Source: an uncultured delta proteobacterium (GTDB lineage Bacteria > Myxococcota > B64-G9). From it: a stretch of DNA of 64,000 bases. Positions 35,278-43,787 of the stretch are shown one piece after another. The translations under genes and the position numbers were made by a program. Numbering within the stretch: position 1 is the stretch's first letter; each line of letters begins with the position of its first letter. The notes below the pieces were generated by a model. That model was not told where the DNA came from. It was given only the letters and a program-made list of their open reading frames with translations, and searched no databases. The stretch is from assembly GCA_963754925.1 (NCBI GenBank), contig CAVWHX010000012.1, forward strand, positions 1 through 64,000. The letters are read 5' to 3'.

Positions 35278-36795
35278 TCAGGTCACCGGTTCGGTCGCCG
35301 GGATCCGCCGCGCGTACTCGAAGTGATCGATGAAGGTCAGCAAGGTGGTCACCTTGATGTTCTTCCGGGTCCACAGCAGCCGGATGATCTTCCCGATAAA
35401 GCGTGCGACGGGCTTCTCGACCTTGAACATCTCGACCAACAGGTAGATCGTGACCCCGATGCGCAGCACCCACTGGGGCTTATCGCCCCGAAGCGCCCCC
35501 TGTTGGTACACGTTCTCGATCTTCTGGAGGATTGCCTCCTCGGAGTAGACCACCTTGGTGCTCCAGTCGGTCCCCTGCTCCAACTGCGCGGGGGTCATCT
35601 TCCGCGGGACGATGCAGGCGAAGTTCCCGGTGTACTTGGTCCAGTCCCGGCAGAGTACGCGGTTCTCCGCCTCCAGCGCCCGGGTGTGGGCCGTGCCGGG
35701 TAGCGGCAGAATGGTGTGGAAAATAGGGAACTCCAGGTCGGTCTCCCGCACAAAGTCGACCGTCTTTCGGAAGATGTCCGGCCCGTCCCCGTCCATCCCG
35801 TACATCATCAGCGAGGATACGTTGATCCCATAGCGGTGGAGCACCTCCAGGTCCTGCCGGAAGCGCTCGACCTTGTTGACCATCCCCTTGTTAGCCAGAT
35901 CCAAGCTCTCCTGGGAGAGGGACTCGAATCCTATAAAGAGGTTGTCGCAGCCGCTCCTGACCATCAGCGCGAGCAGCTCCTCGTTGCGGGCCACGTTGGC
36001 GCTCGCGAGCCCCCACCACTTGATCTTGAGCGGGATCAACGCCTCGAACAGCTGCCGCGCGTACGGCACATTGGCGATGATGTTGTCGTCCGACAATGCC
36101 AGCGGAGCGTCGCCGATGGTCGACAGCCAGCAGAGCTTCTTGAGCTGCCGGATCTCGGCGATCACGTGCTCGACCGGCTTGTAGCGGATCTGGTTGCCGA
36201 ACACGAGGTGAATCTGGCAGAAATTGCAATCGAAGCAGCACCCCCGCGAGGCCTGGATGAAATACGGGAAGTAGTACTGGGTCTTGACCAGATCCCAGCG
36301 GGGCAACACGAATTCCCGGAAATCCACCACCCCGGGGTCCCGGTATACCCTCTGCGGCTTGCCCTCCTTGAAGTCATCCAGGAACTGCCGCCAGGTGTTC
36401 TCACCCTCTCCGACAAAGACGGCGTCCACGTGCGCGAGGGCTTCCTCGATGGCAAGCGAAACGTGGACGCCCCCCATGACCACGGTAACGCCCCGCTTGC
36501 GGTACTCGTCCGCCAGTCGGTAGGCGTAGGGCGCCATGTAGGTCATGCCGGTCAGGGCCACGATGTCGACCGGTTCGTCGAGGTCCAGCACGTCCACCGC
36601 CTCATCCAGAAGCTCCAGCTCGTACTCGGGCGGGGTCAGCGCGGCTAGGATGGGGAAGGCCAGCGAGTAAAACGACATCCGGTTAGACTCGTCGCGGCGC
36701 TTGCTCCTGAAGAAGACCCGGGTTATGAAGTCGTAGTTGGTCAGCAGCGATTTTTGGGGCTCCCCCGAGTAGGGCATGATGAACTTGATCTTCAT
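35278..36795 (-). CDS. Cobalamin-binding radical SAM protein 5 (paralog of protein 1)
   Basis: LAALTP, GGVHVS, RGCCFDCNFC, SDDN and GFESL motifs; C-terminal extension resembles that of 26098-27648. Confidence 0.9.
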   Translation of the reverse strand: MKIKFIMPYSGEPQKSLLTNYDFITRVFFRSKRRDESNRMSFYSLAFPILAALTPPEYELELLDEAVDVLDLDEPVDIVALTGMTYMAPYAYRLADEYRKRGVTVVMGGVHVSLAIEEALAHVDAVFVGEGENTWRQFLDDFKEGKPQRVYRDPGVVDFREFVLPRWDLVKTQYYFPYFIQASRGCCFDCNFCQIHLVFGNQIRYKPVEHVIAEIRQLKKLCWLSTIGDAPLALSDDNIIANVPYARQLFEALIPLKIKWWGLASANVARNEELLALMVRSGCDNLFIGFESLSQESLDLANKGMVNKVERFRQDLEVLHRYGINVSSLMMYGMDGDGPDIFRKTVDFVRETDLEFPIFHTILPLPGTAHTRALEAENRVLCRDWTKYTGNFACIVPRKMTPAQLEQGTDWSTKVVYSEEAILQKIENVYQQGALRGDKPQWVLRIGVTIYLLVEMFKVEKPVARFIGKIIRLLWTRKNIKVTTLLTFIDHFEYARRIPATEPVT

Positions 36796-37505
36796 GGCTT
36801 CCTCACAAAAAGCGTGCTCAGGCCGGCCCGGACCCGGTCCCGCTCCTTGACCGCAAGCTTGAACCCCTGGCCGTCCGGCACGAACACGTCTACCTGGGAC
36901 CCCATGCGGATCAGGCCAAACACCTCGCCCTGTGCGACGTCGACGCCATCCTTGTAAGTCTCGATGCGTCGGATCCAGCGCTCGGCGATCTGGGTGACGG
37001 CTATCGCGGCCCGCGCGTTCTTGAAGATGAAGGTCGCCCGCTCGTTGGCGGCCACGTACTCGCAGTCGTGCTCGAACGGGCGCTCATCGAATAGAAGGTT
37101 CGAAAGGGCGTTGAACATGCACCGGTTGACCCTGGCGAAGATGCCGCTCCGGGGGAACCCGTGGGCGATCTTGGTGATGCGCCCGGCGATGGGCGCACGG
37201 TTGAAATGGACGTCGAAGGGGCTCATGAAGACGCCCACCAGGGTGCCGGGTTTGTCGCGCAGCACCTCGTCTTCCAGGTGCATCAGCTCGTCGAGGCGGA
37301 TGATGTTCTGGCCCTTGATCGAGACGATCGGCCGACCGGCGGCCGGGTCGACCCGACGCCCGTAGATCACGTAGCCGTCGGCCGGGGAAAGGATCCGGTT
37401 GTCGTCGGCAACGACCTCCCGTCTGGGGTTTCGGAAGAAGAACCAAAACCGCCAGAGCAGGAATAGGAGCAGCACCGCCGCCGCTATGATTCCGAGCCAG
37501 AGCAT
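36792..37505 (-). CDS. Phosphatidylserine decarboxylase family (pyruvoyl) proenzyme
   Basis: N-terminal TM, FFRNP.R, SPADG, FMSPFDVHFNRAPI, QIA and the G.IRMGS self-cleavage site. Confidence 0.85.
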   Translation of the reverse strand: MLWLGIIAAAVLLLFLLWRFWFFFRNPRREVVADDNRILSPADGYVIYGRRVDPAAGRPIVSIKGQNIIRLDELMHLEDEVLRDKPGTLVGVFMSPFDVHFNRAPIAGRITKIAHGFPRSGIFARVNRCMFNALSNLLFDERPFEHDCEYVAANERATFIFKNARAAIAVTQIAERWIRRIETYKDGVDVAQGEVFGLIRMGSQVDVFVPDGQGFKLAVKERDRVRAGLSTLFVRKP

Positions 37506-37514
37506 CCCGACACC

Positions 37515-37679
37515 TCACAGGTTGGCGATATGTTTGGTGATCCGGACCAGCCAGGGGAAGGCCCGGGTACCCAGCAGGCGATCGATGGATCGCACGGGGA
37601 ACATCACCAGGACCACCAGGGGAACGTACATCACGATGGTGAGAAACGTGTAGAAGTCGTAGAGCAGCCGCTTGGCCAT
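37515..37679 (-). CDS. Small 54-aa hydrophobic protein (not in the ORF track)
   Basis: MAKRLLYDFYTFLTIVMYVPLVVLVMFPVRSIDRLLGTRAFPWLVRITKHIANL. Its ATG overlaps the upstream TGA, its stop lies 9 nt before the next ATG, and third positions are mostly G/C. Confidence 0.75.
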   Translation of the reverse strand: MAKRLLYDFYTFLTIVMYVPLVVLVMFPVRSIDRLLGTRAFPWLVRITKHIANL

Positions 37680-38935
37680 CACGCGTTCCCCATGATCGGG
37701 AGCCGCGCGTCGATGACGCGGATCATTCCCAGCAGGAAATCCCGGACTGCGGCGTACCGCTCCATCCGAATGTTCTCGACCGTGTCCAGCGGGGTGTGCA
37801 GGTTGGGATTGTTGCAGAAGGTGGTCCCGCAGGGGATCCCGTTGCGGTAAAAGGAGTCCACGTCGGCCGGGAAGATCGGCGCGAACCGATAGAACAGTTC
37901 AAGCGGCACGGGTAGGATCCCCCGCCCGAGCAGCCTAAGGCGTGAGAAGCTCCCCCGCAGCAGCGCGTGGCCGGAGTAGAAGAATATCCTGAGCCTCCCC
38001 TGGCGGGTCGGGACCGGCATTTCGAGGTTGAGGTAGGCCCGGTAGTCAGCGAGATCGTTGCTGCGAACGTGGTAGGCCGAGCCCTGGATCCCGATCTCCT
38101 CCGCGTCGAAGAAGATCGCGCGCAGGTCATGATCGAGGCGCTGCTCCTCGGCCAGGGTCCCGAGGAGATCCAGCAGGAGCGTCACCGCCACGCCGTTGTC
38201 CTGGGAGCCGCCATGCCAGCTGTCGTAGTGGGCGCCCAGAACAATCTTCTCGCGGCGCCGAGCCTTGCCTTTCAGATCCACCACCACGTTGGTCGCCATC
38301 GCGTCGGCCGGCCGCGCGCTGTAACGAATGGTCCACCCCTGCGCCGGCGCGCGCTGCAGCGCGAGCCAATCCGCGCGGGAGATGCCGATGGCCGGCATGG
38401 GGCATGGGCCGAAGAGCGGGGGAAAGCCCAGGCCGCGCCGGATGTGGACCGGGTTGTCCAATCCAATCACCGCCCCGGCCGCCCCGCCTTGGTAGGCCGA
38501 CGGCACCTGTAAGAGGCGGTGCACCAGCAGGTTGTTGCGAAAAACGACGATTTTACCCCGGACTTTGGCCCCGCGCCTCGCCGAGAGCCGCCGCCCGGCG
38601 AAGCTGAGCTCGCCCGATACCGCCTCGCCGGACATGCCGGTGTTGTCGTAGAGGTAGGCGTCGATTCGCTGGCCCCCGCGCTCGAGCGTCGCCTGGCATC
38701 CGGTCGAGATGCGGACCGGGAACCGCTCCTCCCGGATCTCGGCTCCCGCGAGCCCCGACAACCGCTCGAGGATCAGGGCCCGCGCCTTTTGGCCCGCGTC
38801 GGACCCGGCTTTCTTCTCGCCCAACGAGGAGAGCCGGTCGAGCAGCGCCCTCGACGCACCAGGCGTGGCATGGGCCAGCGCGACCCTATCGAGCAACTCG
38901 CCCGGGACCGACGGTTGACGGTCTGGCTCATTCAT
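37679..38935 (-). CDS. M28 family zinc peptidase/amidohydrolase with a PA-like insert
   Basis: GAHYDS, QDNG, FDAEE.G..GS, NLEM and LHTPLDT motifs; no signal peptide. Confidence 0.82.
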   Translation of the reverse strand: MNEPDRQPSVPGELLDRVALAHATPGASRALLDRLSSLGEKKAGSDAGQKARALILERLSGLAGAEIREERFPVRISTGCQATLERGGQRIDAYLYDNTGMSGEAVSGELSFAGRRLSARRGAKVRGKIVVFRNNLLVHRLLQVPSAYQGGAAGAVIGLDNPVHIRRGLGFPPLFGPCPMPAIGISRADWLALQRAPAQGWTIRYSARPADAMATNVVVDLKGKARRREKIVLGAHYDSWHGGSQDNGVAVTLLLDLLGTLAEEQRLDHDLRAIFFDAEEIGIQGSAYHVRSNDLADYRAYLNLEMPVPTRQGRLRIFFYSGHALLRGSFSRLRLLGRGILPVPLELFYRFAPIFPADVDSFYRNGIPCGTTFCNNPNLHTPLDTVENIRMERYAAVRDFLLGMIRVIDARLPIMGNA

Positions 38936-39052
38936 TATCGCCTCTCGACGTACCGCAGTTTAGTCACTGCTCTTATTGGGCGGGATATTCACACATTACA
39001 TCGATGATAGCTAGCCAAAAATCACCGTTAGGGAAACCCGTCAACATGCCTA

Positions 39053-39081
39053 TTGACACGTAGCGGCGAGGTTGACACAAT
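39053..39081 (+). promoter_or_regulatory. Putative sigma70 promoter for the rightward island transcript
   Basis: TTGACA-17 nt-CACAAT; a second TTGACAC lies 19 nt downstream of the first. Confidence 0.4.
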
Positions 39082-39228
39082 GCGTGGCGTTCAAGGTGCA
39101 CATCGGCTTTACCAGCGCCCAGGCCACCGCACACAACTTGCCGAAGTGGCTGAGAAACACCTTCACCTCTAACGAGATGATTGAATGTCGGTGTCGTTCA
39201 TTAACATGAAGATCGGGAGATTAAGATT

Positions 39229-40050
39229 ATGGCCGCCTACGAAATCCAGGACATCGCGCGTGTAGCCGAAAAGAAGGACCAGAAGCTTACGGCGACCACC
39301 CATCGCGTGCCAACCCTCGATATAGGCATCGTCAAGCAGCTCTGGCACATCTATTTTGAGCATTACACCGACACCTCGGAGGAACTGTTCCGCCACGATC
39401 TCTCCCGGAAGTCGCATGTGATCGTGCTGTGGGACAGATACGACAACTCCGTCCAGGGCTTCTCCTCCTTCCATACCTACCACACCCAATTGGGTAACCG
39501 CCGGATCGCCGTGTTCTTTTCCGGCGACACGGTAGTCCGCAAGGAATACTGGGGGCAGACCGCGCTGCAGCGGGCCTTTATCAGGAACGCGCTCCTCTTC
39601 TTGGCGCGCAACCCGGTCACCCCCGTCTACTGGTTCCTGCTGACCAAGGGCTACCGGACCTATTTGCTGCTCTCCCGCAACTTCCTCGACTACTATCCCC
39701 GCCACGATCGGGAGACGCCGCCTTTCGAGAAGACGCTGATCGATCACCTGGCCAGGGAGAAGTTCGGCGACGCCTGGAAGCCCAAGGATGGCGTGCTGCG
39801 CTTCGACAAACCAGCCGGCAGGTTGCGGGAAAACGTGGCGCCCATCAGCGTCGATCTGCTACAGTATCCTGACATCTGTTTCTTCAATCGGATAAATCCC
39901 GGGCACGTCAGGGGTGAGGAGCTTTGCTGCATCGGTAAGCTGGAGCTCGGTTCGGTGTTTAACTACTTTGCCAGGCAAGGGAGAAAGGTTCTGAAGCGCA
40001 TACGGAGAGGACGCAAATGCCGGGGTGTAGAGGGGAGTGTCACTAGATGA
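39229..40050 (+). CDS. Hypothetical protein, probable GNAT-like fold
   Basis: VQGFS, FSGDTVVRKEYWG and YWFLLTKGYRTY; ATGA-coupled to the downstream radical SAM gene. The fold call is an inference. Confidence 0.55.
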   Translation: MAAYEIQDIARVAEKKDQKLTATTHRVPTLDIGIVKQLWHIYFEHYTDTSEELFRHDLSRKSHVIVLWDRYDNSVQGFSSFHTYHTQLGNRRIAVFFSGDTVVRKEYWGQTALQRAFIRNALLFLARNPVTPVYWFLLTKGYRTYLLLSRNFLDYYPRHDRETPPFEKTLIDHLAREKFGDAWKPKDGVLRFDKPAGRLRENVAPISVDLLQYPDICFFNRINPGHVRGEELCCIGKLELGSVFNYFARQGRKVLKRIRRGRKCRGVEGSVTR

Positions 40051-41390
40051 AAGTCACGTTCATCATGCCGGCGATCGGCAAGATCCCGGGCAAGCGCTAC
40101 ATCAAGTCCTGGCAGATCATGGAGCCGCTGCCCATCATGCACATGAAGGCGCTGACGCCGCCGGACATCGAGACGGAGTTTTTTGACGATCGCATCGAGC
40201 TGGTCGACTACGACACCCGGACCGACCTCGTGGCCATCTCCTGCGAGACCTACACGTCCCGGCGAGCCTACCATATCGCCGCACGATTCAAGGAGCGGGG
40301 CATCCCAGTGGTGATGGGCGGCTACCACCCGACCTTGATGCCGGAGGAGGTTTCACAGCACGCGGACAGCCTCCTCGTCGGCAACGCCGAGGGGGTGTGG
40401 GCCACCATGCTCGAGCACGCGAAACAGGGCAAGCTGCAAAAGATCTACCGCGGTGAGCCGGGGTACGGTGTAACCCCCGCCATACCTGACCGTTCCATCC
40501 TGAAGGGCAAGCACTACTCACGCATCGGCCTGGTGGAGACCGGGCGCGGCTGTTGCTTCAACTGCGAGTTCTGCGCCATCTCCAAGTACTACGACCGCTG
40601 CTACCACCCCCGCGCTATCCAGCGGGTGGTGGAGGACGTGGCGAACGCGGGTAAGGACTTCTACTTCTTCGTTGATGACAATTTCGTGGCCAACCAACGC
40701 TACGCTCTCGATCTCTGCCGGGCGTTGGAACCACTCAAGATACAGTGGTCCGGTCAGGGCTCGCTGACCATGGCTCGCAACCGGGAGCTGCTGCGGGCCA
40801 TGAGGCGGAGCGGCTGCGAGGTGATCCTGATCGGGTTCGAGTCGCTGGACGAGACCAATCTCAAGCAGATGAACAAGCAGTGGATGCTCGGGCTGGGCAA
40901 TCGCCAGGAACTGGTGCAGGCCATCCACGACGAAGGCATCAGCATCTACTCCACCTTCGTCTTCGGCAACGACAACGACACCCCGGAGAGCTTCGACCGG
41001 GCCCTTGAGTTCTCCATCGAGAACCGGTTCTTCTACTCCGCCTTCAACCACATCACCCCGTTTCCGGCCACACCGCTCTACGAGCGGCTTCAGCGGGAGA
41101 ACCGGCTGCTGGTTGATAAGTGGTGGCTGGACCCCGAGTACCGCTACGGCACCCTGCCCTTCCACCCCAAGCGGATGACCTATCAGGAGGTGACCGACCG
41201 CTGCGCCCAGGCCCGGCGGGACTTCTACAGCTACTCCTCGATATTCACCCGCCTGTTCACCCTCGCCTCACGCAGCTTCAGCCCCAAGATGCTCATAGGG
41301 TACCTGGCCTCGAACTGGATGGTGCAGCGGGAGATCGACATCCGCCTCAACTTGCCGATGGGCTCCAACCTGGACGAGCTGCCCAAGTAG
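40047..41390 (+). CDS. Cobalamin-binding radical SAM protein 6
   Basis: MEPL, ALTP, GGYHPT, RGCCFNCEFC, FFVDDN and GFESL motifs. Confidence 0.9.
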   Translation: MKVTFIMPAIGKIPGKRYIKSWQIMEPLPIMHMKALTPPDIETEFFDDRIELVDYDTRTDLVAISCETYTSRRAYHIAARFKERGIPVVMGGYHPTLMPEEVSQHADSLLVGNAEGVWATMLEHAKQGKLQKIYRGEPGYGVTPAIPDRSILKGKHYSRIGLVETGRGCCFNCEFCAISKYYDRCYHPRAIQRVVEDVANAGKDFYFFVDDNFVANQRYALDLCRALEPLKIQWSGQGSLTMARNRELLRAMRRSGCEVILIGFESLDETNLKQMNKQWMLGLGNRQELVQAIHDEGISIYSTFVFGNDNDTPESFDRALEFSIENRFFYSAFNHITPFPATPLYERLQRENRLLVDKWWLDPEYRYGTLPFHPKRMTYQEVTDRCAQARRDFYSYSSIFTRLFTLASRSFSPKMLIGYLASNWMVQREIDIRLNLPMGSNLDELPK

Positions 41391-41550
41391 GCCTAAAGCG
41401 CCAGGAGTACCGCTCGCATGTTCGAAACCACGAGGAGGAGAGTTCAAGGCAAGCGCACAGTCACCCCCCCCCTGATCCCAACCGAGCATGTCCTCGGATT
41501 TTGTGTTTTCCAGCAAGCCCTTCTCACTAAGCTACCGCAACACCCGCCGT

Positions 41551-41634
41551 CTCAATCAACTCCAACAGGTAATGCTTAAAATTGAAAGGATTAAAGGCTT
41601 CACCAACGTCGAGCGCATTCAGGGTTGACTCGAA
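41551..41634 (+). repeat. relA/spoT 3'-end repeat, copy 2
   Basis: Translates as LNQLQQVMLKIERIKGFTNVERIQG-stop, versus LDQLQQVMLKIGRIKGVSKVERIQG-stop in the gene. Confidence 0.92.
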
Positions 41635-41672
41635 TGGACCAGATTTGTGGCTATCTATGAAATATAAGGATC

Positions 41673-41701
41673 TTGACACTGGTGTCATGAAGATGTATTT
41701 A
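41673..41701 (+). promoter_or_regulatory. Putative promoter with a palindrome, probably giving a leaderless mRNA
   Basis: TTGACA-17 nt-TATTTA ending 7 nt before the ATG at 41709; TGACAC-TG-GTGTCA palindrome at 41674-41687; no SD sequence. Confidence 0.55.
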
Positions 41702-41708
41702 TAGAAAT

Positions 41709-42467
41709 ATGTTTTCCGACCGTCAGGTTATCGAGGTCTTCCATCTCCACTTTGTCCGACTCTTGTGCGCCGGGGCGGACAAAAGCTATTTCGCCATAAA
41801 GGGCGGCTGCAACTTGCGCTTCTTCTTCGATAGTATTCGTTACTCGGAAGATCTCGATCTCGATGTCATCAAGCTACCGGTCCATGTACTCAAAGAGCGG
41901 GTCTCAAAAATACTCGGGGGTGCGGCGCTATCCTTACCACTCAAGAGCCGCGGGCTCAGCGTAGGGGACGTTAGCGCACCGAAGCAGACGGAAACAACTC
42001 AGCGCTGGAAGGTAGGCCTTGTTGCTGAGGGACGTGCGATGCCGCTCCATACCAAGATCGAGTTCTCCCGCCGGGGAGCAACCGACGAGGCGAAGATCGA
42101 ACCCGTCGCTGCGGCGGTCTTGGCCGAGTACCAGCTGATGCCCTTTCTCGTATCGCACTATCCACTGGATGCGGCGTTGCGGCAGAAGGTTTCCGCGCTG
42201 GTAGGGCGCAGCGTTGTGCAGGCACGCGACGTCTTCGACCTCGGGGTCCTGTTCGCCAGGGCGAGCGGAAAGGTTGAAGCGCTTCACGGTCACAGCGAAG
42301 ATCTCTCCAAGGCGATCGAGCGGGCCATGGATGTATCATACGGCGACTTCAAGTCTCAGGTGGCGTCATACCTCAAACCCGAGCACCTGGATACCTACGG
42401 CACTCGTGAGGCGTGGGAAACGCTGCAGGCTCAGGTGGTGGAGCTGCTTATGAAAGCAATGTCATGA
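41709..42467 (+). CDS. AbiEii/AbiGii-family nucleotidyltransferase toxin
   Basis: IKGG.NLR, RYSEDLDLD, KIEFS, K..AL..R and RDVFDL motifs. Confidence 0.85.
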   Translation: MFSDRQVIEVFHLHFVRLLCAGADKSYFAIKGGCNLRFFFDSIRYSEDLDLDVIKLPVHVLKERVSKILGGAALSLPLKSRGLSVGDVSAPKQTETTQRWKVGLVAEGRAMPLHTKIEFSRRGATDEAKIEPVAAAVLAEYQLMPFLVSHYPLDAALRQKVSALVGRSVVQARDVFDLGVLFARASGKVEALHGHSEDLSKAIERAMDVSYGDFKSQVASYLKPEHLDTYGTREAWETLQAQVVELLMKAMS

Positions 42468-43084
42468 ACGCGCGAGAAGCCCTGGGTCGGCTTCAAAGCC
42501 TTCGTTTGCCGGCGGTGACCACGGCGGATGCAGCCGCAGTCCTCGGGCTCTCCATCGAGGCCGCGAGCCATGCACTGCGGCGACTCGCTCTATCGGGCCT
42601 CATCACCTCCGTGCGCAAGGGCCTCTGGGCTTTGAGTAACCGGCCCGATCCGTTTGTTCTCGCGGAGCACGTGACTGCCCCCTACCCGAGCTACCTCTCG
42701 CTCCAGACTGCCCTCTATCAGCGGGGTATGATCATGCAGATTCCGACGATGATCTATGTTGTTTCCCTCGGCCGCGGTGGGCGCATCGAGACGAAGATCG
42801 GAACCTACAGCGTACATCACGTCCAGCCGGAGATTTTCGGTGGTTTCGAATCCGTAGCAGGGTCGGGAATCAAGCTAGCGCTTCCCGAGAAGGCGCTCGT
42901 TGATTTTCTGTATCTATCGCCAACCCGTGGCCGGCTCTTTACCACGACGCCCGAGTTAGAGTTGACACCCGTCTTTCGGCGAAAAGCAGCACGGGAGTGG
43001 GTCCGACGGATCCCTTCACGACGCCTGCGAAACCTCGTCAAACAGAGGTTGGAGCGTCTGCTGAACCGCAATGAAATGGCATAA
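42464..43084 (+). CDS. AbiEi-family antitoxin (wHTH plus C-terminal domain)
   Basis: RKGLW, PSYLSLQTALY..GMI.Q.P and PEKALVDFLY motifs; ATGA overlap with the upstream gene. Confidence 0.82.
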   Translation: MNAREALGRLQSLRLPAVTTADAAAVLGLSIEAASHALRRLALSGLITSVRKGLWALSNRPDPFVLAEHVTAPYPSYLSLQTALYQRGMIMQIPTMIYVVSLGRGGRIETKIGTYSVHHVQPEIFGGFESVAGSGIKLALPEKALVDFLYLSPTRGRLFTTTPELELTPVFRRKAAREWVRRIPSRRLRNLVKQRLERLLNRNEMA

Positions 43085-43262
43085 TATGGGTCCTGGAAAG
43101 GTACAACTGCGTTTACCGGTGGGAATCCTAAAAGATGCGGTTCTTTTTGAGGCGTATGTAAAGGAGAACAGCAAACAAGGGAAACGAATGCTTGCCAGAT
43201 TCAAGACGCATCTTCAACTGGTACGACTTGGCAGATTTACCGAGCGTGGGAGGTTGCCATGA
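43071..43262 (+). pseudogene. Short ORF, possibly the truncated 3' part of a RelE/HigB-like toxin
   Basis: 63 aa, ATGA-coupled to the downstream HTH gene; AVLFEAYVK loosely resembles the RelE C-terminal strand. Confidence 0.3.
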
Positions 43263-43765
43263 AAAACGCTACCGCCGAAAAAAATGACTCCAGAGAATTC
43301 TCTGAGCTTCTTGATATTGCAAAGCTAATGTTAAAGAAAGGACTTCCAGAGAAGTTTGTAAAAAGTGCATTTCTAACCGCGACAAAATTCGATGGAGTAT
43401 ATGATCTTCTAATTCTTTGGAGAGACGAAGATGACATAAAAGAACGTGAGGAGATCGTCGCCGACATACAAGACATGATAGACGACTGCTCACAGCAAGC
43501 GCATTTAGAAGCCGCCTATATAAAGTTCAATGACATCGAAAAGATAGCGAACGATATCAGAAGATTCAAAGATAACCTTCTTATGGTTGTTCAAGAGAAG
43601 GGCGGCATCAAGGAACTATCCCGGTTATCCGGTATACCTAAGTCATCGCTCTCGAGATTCTTTAACTCAAATTCAATGCCAAGAAGGTCTACTCTCCTCA
43701 GAATTCAAAACGCACTTAAATTGAGTGCTGTCCAGATAGCCAGTGAGTGGTCAAGAGATCAATGA
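43259..43765 (+). CDS. XRE-type HTH protein (possible antitoxin)
   Basis: C-terminal GIKELSRLSGIPKSSLSRFF...PRRSTLLRI..AL; AT-rich sequence. Confidence 0.75.
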   Translation: MKNATAEKNDSREFSELLDIAKLMLKKGLPEKFVKSAFLTATKFDGVYDLLILWRDEDDIKEREEIVADIQDMIDDCSQQAHLEAAYIKFNDIEKIANDIRRFKDNLLMVVQEKGGIKELSRLSGIPKSSLSRFFNSNSMPRRSTLLRIQNALKLSAVQIASEWSRDQ

Positions 43766-43787
43766 AAATTATGAACCTCCGTGGGGT

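Larger units (their letters stand above)
26088..41550. mobile_element. Genomic island A (radical SAM cluster), no integrase detected
   Basis: Bounded by duplicated spoT 3' ends; visibly higher GC and GC3 than the flanks; accessory gene content. Confidence 0.75.
41635..43787. mobile_element. Islet B (toxin-antitoxin/defence cargo)
   Basis: Flanked by an exact 27-bp direct repeat GTCGAGCGCATTCAGGGTTGACTCGAA (41608-41634 and 43805-43831). Confidence 0.7.

Noticed and set aside
38936..39228. Cobalamin or SAM riboswitch
   Set aside because: I could not find the conserved cores by eye; an Infernal scan would be needed.
26088..43787. Prophage, ICE or transposon identity for the islands
   Set aside because: No integrase, transposase, relaxase or phage structural gene is recognisable.
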